From: Nymphaea colorata
Lineage: Eukaryota
Assembly (NCBI RefSeq): GCF_008831285.2
Contig: NC_045138.2
Span: 13,888,001-13,952,000 of the forward strand
Reading direction: 5' to 3'
DNA: 64,000 nucleotides
Of this stretch, positions 49,564 to 64,000 are shown piece after piece. Within the stretch, counting starts at the first letter, position 1; the number at the start of each line of letters is the position of its first letter. The translations under genes were made by a program, and so were the position numbers. The notes below the pieces were generated by a model. It saw only the letters and a program-made list of their open reading frames with translations. It was not told where the DNA came from and did not search any database.

Positions 49564-50587
49564 TACAGTTTTTTTCAATTCCCATGTAAGTGAGAGGATA
49601 ACGACTCACCGCCAAAACCACCACCTCAAAGGTCTTGGTCCTCCTGCCTTTAGAACTCCAGTTACATCAATGAAAGGAATGAATGTGATGCACCTAAGGG
49701 GACGAAAATAAGTGAAGCTACTATAAAACCTTAAATTTATAGCTCTAAGTCTAAATTATGCAAGACAACCCTACTAGATCCGGGTCAATGCTTTATGAAA
49801 TCGAGTAGACTTAGTTGTTAACTATATATTTAGTGCTATATAAAAAAAAAATGGATTCCACCGTTAATGCATCTATAACTTAGTTGTCGTGCTCCAACCT
49901 ACCTAAGCATCTGCCCACTATAATAAAACCGGCGAAATTTCACTTGTTCTATGCCCGTTGAGGGAAAAGAAGAACTGGGGAAATTAAAGCCAGGAAAACA
50001 AAATTCCAAGACTTCTTTTTCTTCCTTGTCATTCTAAATTCTAATATTAACGTGTTATTCACGAAAGACTTTTCTCGAGCACCAAATTTCAATGTCGTTT
50101 GGGCCATGGACCTGGATATCGAGTTTTGATCCGATACGGGGTGATCCAATAGGCGAAGAGGACTTGGGTCCCACGGCGAGGGACGTGCCCTGACAACTCA
50201 CACTTCATGCTTTTCACGCTACTTGTCATCCGTGCTGCTACTATTCCCTCGGGTCGGGTCGGATCGGATGTGGATCCATCAGACTTGGAATTTACATAAA
50301 CAACGAGAATTTTGTGTTGTTTGAGAGAGGAGGTAAAAGAGAGTGGCAGATAACCAATTTTAGTAAAACCTTTGTCAAACACAGAAGCTTTTACCAGCTA
50401 GTAAAGAGAGAAATTTAACTTCGTTGCCATGACAATTTCTGACATGAGATGAAAAAGTTTCATTAAAAAAAGATTTCACCCAGCAATCAAACGCCTCTTT
50501 CAATGTTCTCACAAGGACCCATAGCACTTGGCATACACTTGTAAAGAAGTTTGAACAGTTTTTAAAGCCGTTTTGGTGTCTAAACAC

Positions 50588-50860
50588 AATAGGATGGATT
50601 TGAATTCACAACCTGAATCCGATCCCAATCCAACTTCTATATTCGCATATAGATGTGAATCTGAATTTTTAAAACATACAACTGAGTTGGAATTGCATTG
50701 TGATATGTTAATGACGGACTTTGAAAATGTATGGACATTGGATATAAGATATTTTATTTAAGACTGGATTTGAATCCAAATCAGAATCCTGTTGGACATC
50801 ACTTCTTAAATCTGAATCCTATCCAATTTGTTGATAGTCCAATTGGATATCTCCGAATGT
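50588..50860. mobile_element. Degenerate ATCCGA-rich hAT relic
   Basis: Decayed GAATCC/GGATTT/TTGGATAT arrays like the subterminal repeats of the 27601 element; no intact ends. Confidence 0.45.
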
Positions 50861-51583
50861 TCCCGCAGGCACCCTATCAAATAAAGAGACCACGCTTTTC
50901 GTGTGTTCCAAGACCACCAATACTTTCCACCATGGGCATGGAACACACGGCCCGATTGTGCGGGAGTACCCGAGCATACGATATATTGAAACCTTCCCCT
51001 CTTCAGGAAAGCTAGTAAGTTATTGATCTTCAATTCCTTGTGGGAGTGTTGGTAATCAGAATATTGTGTTAGTATTTCATGAATTTGTTTCAAATATTAG
51101 AACAGATTCATAGGATACTAACATAAAGTTCTTTTATCTTCTTCATCATCATCATCATCTTCTTCTTCTTCAAATATTGATTCGTCTCTCAAGTAACGGT
51201 TGCTTCTTCCCCCAGCAGGCTCGCAGAAAAAAGCTCAGCCGACGTCGCTTTTCAAGCATCCAGTGAGGAAGATATGTGGGGAGGTTTAATATCTCTTTTC
51301 AAGCAAAGCTGTTTTACGTCCAGATCTGAATCTCAAACCAAAATCTGACTATTCAAACAGAATCTGAGGATGCCAATGGTTCTGATATTGTCTACATCCA
51401 ATTTGAATCCAATGTCATTGACCTCCAATAGACCAAATCCGCCAATACTTGCACTCTATGGGTCATTGCTGCCATTGAGCTGCATCTAGAACCCAAGACA
51501 AACTCAGACCTGCTTATAGGGTAATTAATTCCATGGTAACTGTCAACTACGGTTACTCATATGTTTGTGTGTGTGTATGTATG

Positions 51584-51617
<34 letters not shown>

Positions 51618-52065
51618 AACATAGGAGTAATATATATATAGCTTCATGAATTTACAAACAAGTATTCATATTTCGTGGTGTTCATATTCCATGATGACCA
51701 TTCATATGTCCACAGAAGTTTGTAAGATGTGAAGTTACCATAGTAGGGATGCCAATAGTTGTCAGGTATTTCTGCATTAAAAATGTTAGAAACGAAAATT
51801 TCTTCTTGGCTATCATTTGGACTAGTCCGACTTGATCCAATTCGGATCTGATTACCGGTCAGATTTGCACACAGTTTTCTGCTTAGATACTGAATCTGAG
51901 GCCAAGTCCTATTGAGGTTCAACAAAGATCGATCCTACTCCAACGTATAAATTTCGGACCTCATCTTGTCATCCATGTTGAACACAACTTCAGTGGAGAA
52001 AAATAAGCTCTGAATCTGATTACATAGGCTCCCACTAGATTGGATTTGATAAAGGAGCACGAACG

Positions 52066-52312
52066 GGCGGAGCTAGAGGTGGGCAGCCGGCAATGGGTAC
52101 CCGGTACGCGGCTGACAGGAAATTTCAAATATTATTTTTTAATTAATAATATAGATTTTATTATTAAAAATATATGTTATATTCAAAAAAATATTTAATT
52201 AAAAAATTGGTGTATCAAATATAAAAACTTTGCACAAATAATATTTTGGCTACTGTCAAAATTTTGAAATTATAATTCAGCATTTTCATGAAAAATTTTT
52301 GACTCCTCAACG
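52066..52312. mobile_element. MITE-like element (GGGCGGAGCTAG left end)
   Basis: GC-rich left end, AT-rich core and AAAATTTTGAAATTATAATTCAGC...AAAAATTTTTTGACTCC similar to 10864 and 53387 copies. Confidence 0.55.
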
Positions 52313-53386
52313 TGACATAGACGTAAGGTCTGACGTCTTATGCGTAGAGAAATTTTTGGAAGCGTAAGATCTTAAAATAGGTTTCTCCCTTAAAAGGGAC
52401 GAATTTGGTCTATATTGTTAGGACGGGAGATATTTAACTAAAGGTTCGCTGGCTTCATGGGCCCCTACCCTAATTTGGGGGATGGATCTGCAGCAGCTTA
52501 ATAATGTCAAGTTTTTTATTGAACCAATTATTTGATCAATTGAAGTTCGTGCTACTATAAGAACACGAAAAGGAGAAAGAAAATATCAGTTTTCTTTTTC
52601 AATTGATGCAATTCTTTGATCACTTGAAGTGTGCTTGCTATTCATAGACAATTTGTCTTGTGCATGCCAAGTCTGGCCTCGAACAGAAGACGGTTTGTCT
52701 CAGACTGAAGTTTGATCAACAAGAAGTCGTCATGCTACTTGGCAAAAACGATTAATCTTACACGAGTTAACTATTTTTGCGTGGATGCGCCATGCCATAT
52801 AGACATCAAGGGTCAATAAATTCTCAGATGAAGCGTTTTGAGGAACACGTTCTGTCCTAATCTTGTTCCCCCATTCAAACACGACCGATTTTCCCATCGG
52901 TGCATATTACCAAATCCATAGAAATGCAAGTTTCTATGCAATTCATAATTTTATAAATGAATGCACAATCGAAAATAATGATAATTGAATTTCTCAAAGA
53001 TAAATCCTGTACATTACATTTTTTTCAGCTCATGTAATTAGCATTGGGACTTTATAGGCAAATTAATGAACAGTATAAGGTGCGAACTGGTAGACAGTCA
53101 GTTTTCATTTTGGCATCAAGTGACATCTAAAGATTGTCTTGTACTTTAAGGGGACAAGGAGTTAGGTGGAAGTTTCGACTCTCTACTGGTCAGTAACCCT
53201 CCCCTGGCCACCCAAAAATAAAAACTTTAATGGATGAGATATTTCATATGGAGTGTGAAGCCTCTACAATAAAAAAATTAATGGATCACAGTTGAACCAT
53301 TTAATAAAAGAAAGGTTTATAAGCTCAAATTATATGCATCATGTTTGACCTTCAACTTAGAAGTTGAAAGCCAACCTATGACCTGT

Positions 53387-53576
53387 CAGGGGCGGAGTAA
53401 AGTGGGGTCGGCAAGAGCCCTACCCCTCGCCACTGAAAAAAAAAAAATTACACATAAATTTTAGGAAAAAAAATTATCCTAGATAAAAATTTTGAAAAAT
53501 GATCCTTAAGCTTCTGTCAAAAAATATTGAGATATAATTTGGCCCATCTCTTGAAAATTTTTTGACCCTGCCCCTG
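53387..53576. mobile_element. ~190-bp MITE with CAGGGGC(G/A)G terminal inverted repeats
   Basis: CAGGGGCGGAGT... and ...CCCTGCCCCTG; AT-rich interior; no clear TSD. Confidence 0.7.
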
Positions 53577-55867
53577 TAAGTAATGACTCAATAATGATAT
53601 AGTAATGCAGTTTAAGTGAACATGCACGCCGCAATCTATATTAATAATCATGAAATAAAACAGCAAAAGAATATTATTTCTAATGGCTCAGATTACTTGA
53701 TGGAGCCTGTCTCTCCCCTAAAGCAAATTAATTAGGAAGAAAACAAATTTTAGACAAGAGAAGTGAATTTAATGGAGCAAGAAAATAGAATAAATTCATT
53801 TAAAAATTTGCTTAGAAATATACACGGGGTACTGCCTCCAAATTAACGTTGTCATGAGAGTGACCCTTTTGCGTGGTCATCGCCGTCTAATTGAGCAGTC
53901 GCTATATCTAAAGATATTGAAAATATCGTCAGACACTTTGTCCATTGAAAAGATACCGTCGAATAGTACGGTTTTAAGCAATGCGATATTTTCAAGTATG
54001 CACTGACGAGTTACAATCTAATGACTGAAATTTTGTCGTTTTATTCCTTACTGATAATGATGGTTTAGATTTTAGTGTTTGTGACGTATACTTTTCGTTT
54101 TTGTTTTTGCTTTTATATACATACGAGTTCCTTTTTCTTGATATATAAAGTGAGTTCGCTATCAAAAATAAGTTTTCTTTTCGAGTTATCGCTTGTCGAT
54201 TTTGTACGATGCATATTTGAAATTCAAACCTTTCAAAACCTTCTCTTATATGTCTATCATTTATGTATATTCACGTACGTACATATATTATTATTATTAG
54301 ATTATGGCACAAAACTGAATGGATGCAAATAAGAAAGCTCGGCAGCAAATAAACTCATATATCTACAGCACATACATCACAATTTTACCAAGATTCTTGT
54401 TCATGCTACACAAATTATTACCAAACATTACAAAACATCATGCAATTCTTTAACCATAGACAAGAATTTGGCGACCAAAGTCGTATCTACCAAGATATGA
54501 TACATGTTCATAAACAGGAAACATTTATTCATTGGCCCATCAGTTCTTGACCGTTCATAATTAGTCAAAATATCTTATCGCATCGCAAGCTATGGAGGAT
54601 CAAAGTCAGCAACGCCCATGGTTTGACAAAGGCCCAGTCGCAGTGCAGTTAATTAAGGCTGAGGTCAATCAGAAGCGGCCCCATTGACCCACATTCAATG
54701 CCTTCACAGTGTCATAACTGGTCAACCACCCCTACAATTAAAAGCTCCTCCTCCTCTCTTCTCCACTTTCGTATATGAAGTTAATTTTCACTTCTTTATA
54801 TCACTGGAACACAGACCGGCGGAAAAAGCCATACAGATGTGATCTTTTTTCTGTATTTCATTGTTGGTGAAGGCAGTAAATGTCTTCATTGTAAACAGGT
54901 AGGAGTTTGCTTTCATGATAAATGGGAAGGGGCTTACCATACGGACCCTTATGTCCAACTTCTTACTAGATTTGGTATCAAACTTTTATATGGTTCCCAG
55001 TTTGAATACGGTCTGATGCTCAGATGTTAGGTCGGGTCGGATCCGTAACAGTCATATCAATTGCGGAGTTGATGTACTCAGGTACAGAGCATATATGGTT
55101 AGTCACTTCACCAAAAATGGAAAGGAATTGATGGGTATGGTTCCAACCATGTCCATTACGACTGGACTCGTTTGACAATAGTAACACATTGTTAATATCT
55201 CATGAATCTGCTGCTTTAAGGAACGCTTGTTATAAAGTGTTTTATGTTGTGCGCCATTTTTTGAGATGGGTTAGTGAGTACCGTTGCCAAACATCCCCTT
55301 AATACCTGAATCGGAGGGATCAAATTTTGCCATTTACCAACCCCTGATTCGGGTTTGGCGCTACTGTAGGGTCACATTACTGACTGTGAGATAAAACGTC
55401 AGAAAACACGTGCATCGCTGACCCCTTCATTGAAGGTTTTTTACAGTCACTGCTCCATTTACTGACGGTGAAAAACCATCAGAGCTTCAAAAAAAAAAAA
55501 GAATTCTTGTGGAATACTCAGACAACTGAACCAGATTATCAACCGGTCGGATCTCAGCACAATGACACTTGCGTTTAGCTTTTCTTCATTCAAATCCACA
55601 TCGTAGTCTGTGACTGATTAAACTATACCGAGTTGGTTGCATGCAATAAATGGTTGGTCCGGACCCATATAGGAGCCCCTACAGCTAGATCTTGATAACC
55701 ATCAATCACCTTACGGAGGCAAAATGCTGCCATGCCATAAGTGAAGGTCAACTGGTCATTGTCATCCTCATTGGAAGGATACGATCAGTCTCTGTCTGCA
55801 ACTGTCAAATGCAGGGGCAGCTTGCTTCCTCCTCTTGCGCGTTTTCCTAACTGGGGAGGGGAGCCTC

Positions 55868-55875
55868 TATAAATA
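55868..55875 (+). promoter_or_regulatory. TATA box of monooxygenase gene
   Basis: CTATAAATA consensus 100 bp upstream of ATG 55968. Confidence 0.7.
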
Positions 55876-55967
55876 GACCGACTTACCCCATCTACTCTCC
55901 CAAACTCAGCTTAGCTCTCTAGTTTCCGGAGGTGGTGGTGGTGCTGCTTAGTTTAGTGTGATAGAAA

Positions 55968-58900
55968 ATGGTGACGGAGATGACTGAAGACATAGTGATA
56001 GTGGGCGCAGGCATCGCCGGGCTTGCCACCGCGGTGGGGCTTCATCGAGTTGGGCTCGGTTGCCGGGTTCTTGAGCGCGCTCAGGAGCTTCGAACCACTG
56101 GCGCCGCACTCATGCTCTTCCCCAATGCTTGGCGTGCCCTGGAGACTCTCAACGTCGCTCACAAGCTCACTCCTTTCTATGCTCCTTTCAAGACGTAAAT
56201 GCTCACACAGTCCTTCTTCTTTGTCTTCATGATCTCTTGTGTGCTTGGTTTGGTTTTGAAGTTCTCTACTACTTTGATCCAAACCTTGCGTGAGTTTGGC
56301 AGCATCCATGGGCCTTGTCCCTGGTCATGAAATCCAGTATAGTTTATCATGAGCTTGGCCGTATAATAATAGGTGATGCCAAACACAAACCTTTTCTTCT
56401 TTTTCTGAAATTCATGGTATTTCCAAACTTTTTACGGGAGTAGGAGGCTTGAAGTTTGGAATTTCTGGATTCGAATTCGTATCATTCTTAACAGGAACTT
56501 TATTTTAGGAAGAAACACAGAGAGAGAGAGGAAAAGGATGTTGCTCAATAGATCATCTTGATGTCGATTTTGTCGGGGCGGAAAGATTTAAAGAGGAAAA
56601 ATAATAAATGCCAACGAACCAACAAATGGACGACGCTGTTGGAGTTACAACCGTCTCTGAAATCTAATGGGGACACTATATTTGTCCTCACTGAACATGC
56701 TAAAATTTATTGTGTAAACAGATGAAGGGGCCCTCCTTGTCATCATAAGGGACTCGGAATCTCGGATATATCCGTGTCAGTGTTAAAGCATAAACATAGA
56801 ATTTTAGTTTGTTTCTTGTTTGTTTGCAGATTGTTTGCAACTTCTGGTAACATTTTATCACTCTTTTTCTTAAATTATATATGCATATAGGAAAATTGAA
56901 TGATCAAAGACACACACACACACACAGGATGGGCCTCGGCCTCGTTGATGTATCGCCATTATCACTTCTGCATATTCTTCTGCTGCTTCTTTTGTGTTTT
57001 CATCTATCATTTGCTTCTCCATCATTCTTACCATCTCTCTTATATAATTCCAGGGCAAGCTTTACGTCGCTTAGTGCTCGTCGAACCCAAAAGGTCCCTC
57101 TCCTCGGAATCACCGTCAGGTATATCAGACTTCCTGCTTTTGTGGTATATTGCGACGATTGGCGCTTGTGAAGCTGCTAGCTTTCACTATTAAAAGAGTA
57201 AATTAGACACGAGTCCAAAGTACAACCTCGCTGCAACCACTGCACGAAGAAAAGTTGGTAATTTTAGGAAAGCCGTGATCATTTTTTGGTGGAATAACAG
57301 ATTCTTTCATTCAACTATCTTAATTAAATAAGCAACATCTAAATATAATATTTTTTTTTGCTTTATATATATATATATATATTCACCAAAACTAGACCTC
57401 TCCAACCCTCTTTGACCCACTAGTAAAGTCTCCCCCAACTCCACTTGAGTTTTGTTGAAAATAATTTACACCCGCAGTTTCAATGCCTGACCTGACCCGA
57501 CGGTCCGACATGACCATCTTCAATGTGAACAAGCCTAGATCCACCTAGGGGTGAACATGAGCCTAGTCAAGCTCGAGTTCAGTCAGCTCGAGCTTGGCTT
57601 GACTAATGAAACCTTGAGCTTGACTTGGCTCGAGCTCAAGAACAACTCGACAAAAGCAACCCCATTCGGCAGTTACATGTTGAGCTCAACAAACTCGTAA
57701 ACTCATTTGAATATATTGACTTGATTAAGACTCGACAAACTCTATTAAAGCTCCACCTCAACTCGGCAGTTACGTGTTGAGCTCGAACTCAACTCGATTA
57801 TGTGAACGAGTCGACTCATGAACTCGAGCTTGACTTGTTAAGTAAATGATTTGTCTCAAACTCGTTCACAAGTCGAGCTTTAACGAGTTGAGCTCGAGTA
57901 GCTCGACTCATTGTTCATCCCTAGATGAGCCTAATTATCCAAGTTTAAAAAGAGAAAGGAGAGGATTGTGATTGATCATAGTCATACGACTTAATCTGAA
58001 TTCCTTGTAAGTTGGACTTAAAAACCTTTTGGGTGAAAAAGATGAGTATTTCATTTTACCGCCCAGTAAAAAGCAAGAGCTTTCACCTTTTCCCTTATAC
58101 CCCAGAAGTGCAGACCTACTTTGAGTGTCGGAATTCAAGATAACATTCCTTTGAACATTCCTTTATGCTTCAACTTACAATTGAATCGCAGGAAGTTAAA
58201 AAGTTTAAAAACAAAAACATTAGACTTAGAACATTCACTTGCACCAACGCAACTTGTTGTCGCCACTGAAGCAACGCAACACTTTCACTTGCACCTTCTG
58301 ATGAAATGACAGCGTCGTTATTTCAAAGATATGCCATAAGTGTTTTAAAAATTAATTGATACTGGCATATTCATTTAGTGAAGCAGCTGGCGCCAGTAAA
58401 TTCCATACCCATCATCTATAAAAATTTGTTGACGCCTACTCTGCCATTATATCACTGCACATCGTAATAAATAAGTTGTGTCCTTTTGAATTTGATGCAA
58501 ACCTATCACCCATTGCCATACTGAAGCTGTTTAAAGCAGTAGCTAGAATTAAGGCGAGATGGATGGGTGTTAGAATTGGCTATCATATGATGAAGGTACA
58601 TTACATATGCTCATTCTTCATGGATGATAACAATTTGGTTTTGGGTATCTACTGTCTATTGCAGTGAGAAACTTGGACTGAGGTCTGTTCATAGGAAGGC
58701 ACTGCTTGAGGCCCTAGCAGAGGAACTTCCGCCCTCCACTATCCGGCTGGGCTCCCGGCTGTCGTCCATAGAACAGTCTCCCGGCGAGTCCCTGATCACT
58801 CTTCATTTGGAGGATGGAACCAGAGTTAAGACAAAGGTAGTACCATGCTTAATTGCCCTCAAATTCTAGGACTTTCTTTGTTTTAACAACAAAGAAAAAA

Positions 58901-60920
58901 CCATCTCTGATGTAAACCCATATGCACAAGAACAATATTTGTGGCTCTGCTATATACACAAGTCAAGTAATCAGCTGTTTTTTGTATTGAAATTGACATG
59001 CTGTTAAAGAGTTTAAGATGGATTGGGAGATATGTTCACAATTTTCATGATCTTATCATAAAAGCGATTGATGTGTCCCAAATTGATAAATAACTATATG
59101 TTCAGCCTAGATTAGCAACTAGATTGACGATATGCTATGCTCCCGTAACAGGTTTTGATCGGATGCGACGGGAACAGGTCTTTGGTGGCTCAATGGATGG
59201 GGATGTCGGAACCGATCAACTCCGGCCGGTCGGCGATTCGGGGCCTATCGGTTTACCCGGACGGCCACGACATTGACCATGAAATGGTTCAGTTTCTTGG
59301 TGATGGGGTTCGGGCAGGCTATATTCCTATCAATAAGAAGCATGTTTATTGGTTTGTCATCAGAACGGCACATCCCGTTGGTAATTATATATTGAATCAT
59401 CCTTATTCTAACGAAAAAGTAATACATCTGCCAGTCTTCGGGTGATAGCTAATATTGATCAGATATTTATTCATTTGTGCTCAAAAAAAATAAAAAAAAT
59501 CTTGATCAGGATTCCTTATAATTAATATTGGACTGGCCCCCGTCCACATGCACCCGAAGATTTAGATTTATATATTTCTGCTTTCTTCTCTCTCTCTCTC
59601 TCCGTCACGAGAGGACCATTTAATATGATGAAAAGGAAAGATGGGAAAAAAAAAAGATTTAGAAATCGTAGCATAGATAAGAACGAAAGGTGTGCAACCA
59701 TAAACAGAAAATTGGTCACCCCATGCTCACACTTATTAATTGAGTTCACCTATTTTGAGAAACTCTACTTCTTTACAATTTTTTAATCTGATCTGCTGAG
59801 AATACCAATTATTAGGATATGGTTTGAGGATTTTATCAGATTTCTCTCTTTTAAAATTTTTTTTAGATCTCCACATCCAATTTTAAATCAAGCACCTGAA
59901 CACTTTTTACTTTTTGCCATCTACTTAAACTATAAGGCGCACCACTCTGGTTGCGCAGTAGGTTTCGGTCATTGGCTCAAATCTCAGTGGCAACACCAAA
60001 ATAGGAATGACTTTGGAGGAGAATGGGTTAGGCGCTGTGCACGGTGCACAACCTTTAAGAAATGGCTAAGTGTACTCCTAACCCACTTGTACCACTTTTT
60101 AGAGGTACTTGGCATGCACAGTAACAGGATCCTGTACACAATGTAATTGTGCAAAGGTTTGTATATATAACCAAGTTTAAGTTTGGAGAGAAATGGTTAT
60201 ATGTACCCAAGTGTACCATGCAGAGTTCCCAGTATAATACATGTGTCCTTTTAACCTATTTTATAAGGATATTCATCATGCACATGGGCTGTATATGCAA
60301 GCAAAACTTTGGAGTTCTCTCAAAAATATAATGGGAAAAATGAACATCACATCTAAACTTGCACTGGTTTCTATTCAGATGAGGAAATATGGAAGAGCCC
60401 AAAGCTGATCAAGCAAGATGTAACCGATAGAGTAGCAAAGGACTGGCCAAAGGAGTATCGTGAGGTGGTGGAGCATTCTGATCTCGACACGTTGACGCAA
60501 GCTCCACTCTTCTTCAGGAGTCCACTGAGTCTGCTGTTTGGGAATCTGTCGAGGGGAAGCGTCACGGTTGCCGGCGACGCGTTGCACCCGATGACCTCCG
60601 ACATCGGCCAGGGCGGGTGCACGGCCCTTGAGGACGCGGTGGTGCTGGCCAGGAACCTCAGCCTAGCTCTGCGGAAGAACGGCAAGATCGAGTTCGACCA
60701 TAAGGCCATCGAGGAAGGGCTGAGGAAGTACGGGAACGAGAGGAGATGGAGATCGGCGGCGCTGATCGCCTACGCCTACCTGTCCGGCTGGGTGCAGAGC
60801 CAGCCGTGGAGGTTGGTCAAGATGTTCAGGGACAAGATCTGCTACGGCCTCATGTTCAATAGGTTCGTGGATCTCGTGGACTATAACTCTGGTGAGTTGC
60901 CGAGTTTTAAGCTGGCCTGA
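55968..60920 (+). CDS. FAD-dependent monooxygenase (MO1/MO2-like aromatic-ring hydroxylase), ~411 aa
   Basis: Exons 55968-56194 (IVIVGAGIAGL Rossmann motif), 57054-57119, 58665-58836 (VHRKALLEALAEELP), 59152-59380 (VLIGCDG, DG motif), 60379-60920 (VTVAGDALHPMTSDIGQGGCTALEDAVVLAR, GD motif). GT-AG and in phase; total 1236 nt. Confidence 0.93.
57546..57923. mobile_element. hAT-type MITE (GAGCTCGAG-repeat family) in monooxygenase intron 2
   Basis: TIRs TAGGGGTGAACA / TGTTCATCCCTA (11/12 match); dense GAGCTCGAG/ACTCG subterminal motifs; 8-bp flanks GATCCACC/GATGAGCC match 5/8. Confidence 0.8.
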
Positions 60921-62176
60921 AGCCGACGGAGATGTGGAACACTAGTGTTAAGCTACGCCGGTCCGGCTTGGTTTGCACCACTAAATTAAGTCCGGACTTC
61001 TTCGTTGCTTCAAAAGAAGTTAGGAACGTTTGATCGGTTTGAGTTGCTTCTTTTCTCGGTTTCCATTTTCTTTCCGGTTTCAAGTGTTAAATATGTAAAG
61101 TAGTGCTTTCTTGAGTTGTGGTCTTGTTTTCAATATTACTTGATAAACTACTCAATTTTAGCATGCATGTGTTGGGGTGATATGGATGCTCGAGGGCGAT
61201 GTTTGGCCCTCTCCCAGCATGACATGAGCCTACCGCCAATGGCACTTCCTTTCCTATCATGAAGGGGTTCCAACTATGTGCCTTTGAGTCTACTTAAGCA
61301 AATAATAGAATACTTTGTTAGTGTTACATGAATTTCATAGATACCTAGTCTTAGTATTAGTATTGCTTTAATATTTGAGATAGTTTCATACAACACGTAG
61401 AAAGAAAGTGCCTCAAAGTGTTCTTCTGCATTTGAAGAAGAGAGAGTTTAAGTTTTTGCAGCAAAGGTGAAAGAGATTTCGAGTTTTTCATGGCAAAGGC
61501 GGAAAAGTGAGAGGTTAATTTTTTCTAGCAAAGGTGTTCAAATATGCACAAGTATGTTTTCTGTGGCTGCCCCGTCTGCCGCACTTAGATCCATTAATGG
61601 TTGGCAAACCATGACTTGGACTCGGATTGATTGAAGACTGGGTCATTGGGTCAGGGATTTGACTTGGTGACTCTTGAGCTAGGACATAGTTTTTGTAGTG
61701 CATTTTTTCAATAAATAGATGCCAGAAGACTTGATGTTTGATTTTTTTCTCAACTAAAATTGAATTATATATATAAAGTTTGTGATGTTTCACAATTCAA
61801 AAAATAACGAACTTTAATATATAAATGAACGGTCCTATTTGAATTCGTGACTCGATCGGATTAACGAGTTGTCGAGTAAGGTTCAACTTGTAGATGTATT
61901 AATATATCAATAGGTTGGGCCAGCGAATAATACGCAGCTAGTCATTAGTCTATATCTCAGAATCGCCAAATTACAAGCATTTCAAATTAGAATAAGCATC
62001 GAATGCGATTTTTGTGAATCTTGCTCTTTATTATATACAAATAGATTGTTGAGATTCTAACGGTTCAGTTTATTTCTCATTATTGAATATTTATTATTGA
62101 ACATTTATGAAATGAAAAAGTTAGGCGCAGAAGTTAGGTCGTGCATGCCCACTTTTATGGCATGTCAAATTCAATA

Positions 62177-62181
<5 letters not shown>

Positions 62182-62214
<33 letters not shown>
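62182..62214. repeat. (TA)n microsatellite
   Basis: Directly visible. Confidence 0.95.
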
Positions 62215-62216
<2 letters not shown>

Positions 62217-64000
62217 GTTTTGGTTGGGAATTTATTTTGAAAGGGAAAAGGAAACGACAACCAGTTCTTCATGAATTAATGCATATATAACGACTTCACT
62301 TCTGCTCACATTTTATCAGTCTTCCGGCAATGCACGTTGTCACTTAAAATCGTCGGCCTAAAGTGACCCACCTGACCAAGCGATCAGAACATTGCAACAT
62401 GCATTATTTAAGACTGTGACAGAGGGAAAATATTTTTTAATTATTTAAAAATATTTTTTAATTTTTTAAAAATAATTAACCCGTCCCAAATATTAAATTC
62501 CTGATGAGGAAAATGGGCGTGTGCGGATCCTGCTGCTTTTATAATAAATGCCGCCGGACTTTGATATTTTCCACACTAGCAAATTTAAAAAAAAATAAGA
62601 AAAAAAAAGGTTGGGATGAAATTCTGTCATTCTGCAATCTGGGCTTCTCCTCACATACATTAAATTTGAGGTCTTAAAATCTCGGGTCCTAAGATTTCGT
62701 ATCCAATATTTTGCTTGAAAGATTTTCAAGTCAGACCCTCCTTCCCCCTACTTGAATTCCATGAATTTGAAGCATATTAAAGATTTTGATTAATCCATGC
62801 TTCGATTCAAATTTCCTAAAACAATTAATTTAAAATGGTCTTCATGTTTCACTCATTTAGAGTAAAAAATGAAAATATATTAGTTTAAAAACAATCATAG
62901 AGATCTGTGTACAGTTGGATACGACCAGTACTTAATTGTTAGCCGTGAGGAGGAGTTGCCATGGCTGACTTCCGGCGCTCCGGGCACCGTGCAGCTCAAC
63001 TCAGTATTTATAACGCGTGCACCATTCATTCAAGTGAAGCTGGCTGTTCACCAACTGCAATTACTTGGAAGCACAGCCACCACATGCAGCCGGCCATCAA
63101 CTGGCTCGGACCAATTATTGCCGGTAGCCGGTATGAGAGAAATCAACACACGATGGATTAGCCCACGGTGGGTCATGGACTCCTTCCCTGGCCAGCCAAC
63201 TTGGTCCGTCCTTCTCACGCCCATCGTTTTCTTCGTTTGAAATTGTCTAGCTCTTTCCACTTAACGTTTTTTTTACTTATCATGGATTACAACAGTTTAC
63301 AATACAGGTGCAAGAATGACATCCATGAACATTATCAATTTATCATCTCTCTTTGGCCACATGCATCCATGCATGCAGATATAATGGTAGCAACTTCTTG
63401 ATGAATCCTAATCAATCTTATAATTGAATTCATAAAATGTTGCAAATTTTTGGATAAATGAGAACATGAGACGCAAGTAAATAGACTCGTTTAAAAATCT
63501 CCATTACTTGACTTCTCATTGCAATACAAGTCCTTCCGGTAAACTTTTTGTACTAAGTGATGTTACTTCACAATGATTGATTTCCACAATCATGTTAATC
63601 TTCATGAGGGTCACAGCATTCATGGCTTGCAGTTGAACAGGACCTATCAACACGGATTAAACAAGTATGCTAGCCGAGCCCGGCCATATGCGTCTCAATC
63701 AATACGACCCACGAGACGAAATAATTTGGCCAATTATACTGAATTGATGTCATTTTCAAAAAGTTAAGACGAAAACTTGTTTTGAAAATGACTTCAAACC
63801 CAAGTGAATCGGGGGTTCAGATTCGAGTCGTTCCATCAGATAATATCCAAAGACATTTTCGTTATCATCACAGCAAAGTTTGGAGAGCAAAAGTATATTC
63901 GAAGACGGGAAGGCAATAAGCGAGAGTAGTGACCGTAGTTTCAGTATTTTAGTCCTGTATCGATCAGCGCGTGCAATTCGGAGTGCCACTGCCCGCTATA

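Noticed and set aside
59935..60110. SINE-like segment in monooxygenase intron 4
   Set aside because: Only a weak B-box-like motif; no clear A box, tail or TSD.
63042..63080. Short GGCTGT...ACAGCC hairpin as miRNA precursor
   Set aside because: Stem too short and imperfect; no known miRNA recognised.

Overview
AT-rich, intron-containing flowering-plant nuclear DNA (species not determinable from sequence alone). Seven protein-coding genes are supported: the 5' part of a FAM135/DUF676-type gene (-, runs off the left edge), two tandem intronless RAV (AP2+B3) transcription factors (+), an intronless DYW-class PPR gene (-), a cupredoxin/early-nodulin-like gene (-), a GBF4-like group-A bZIP (-) and a FAD-dependent monooxygenase (+). 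The most notable element is an intact 4,252-bp non-autonomous hAT-type transposon (27601-31852; perfect 35-bp TIRs, perfect 8-bp TSD CTTGAAGG). It has no recognisable transposase but carries a decaying captured fragment of a class II CPD photolyase gene (a 'Pack-hAT'), a tRNA-like segment, and splice signals suggesting a transcript antisense to the photolyase piece. The two RAV paralogues share collinear upstream non-coding blocks, and one has substitutions in the B3 DNA-recognition loop. Many short hAT/MITE relics, local tandem duplications and microsatellites fill the intergenic space. All exon models and family calls were made by eye and from recalled family motifs; no searches were run.
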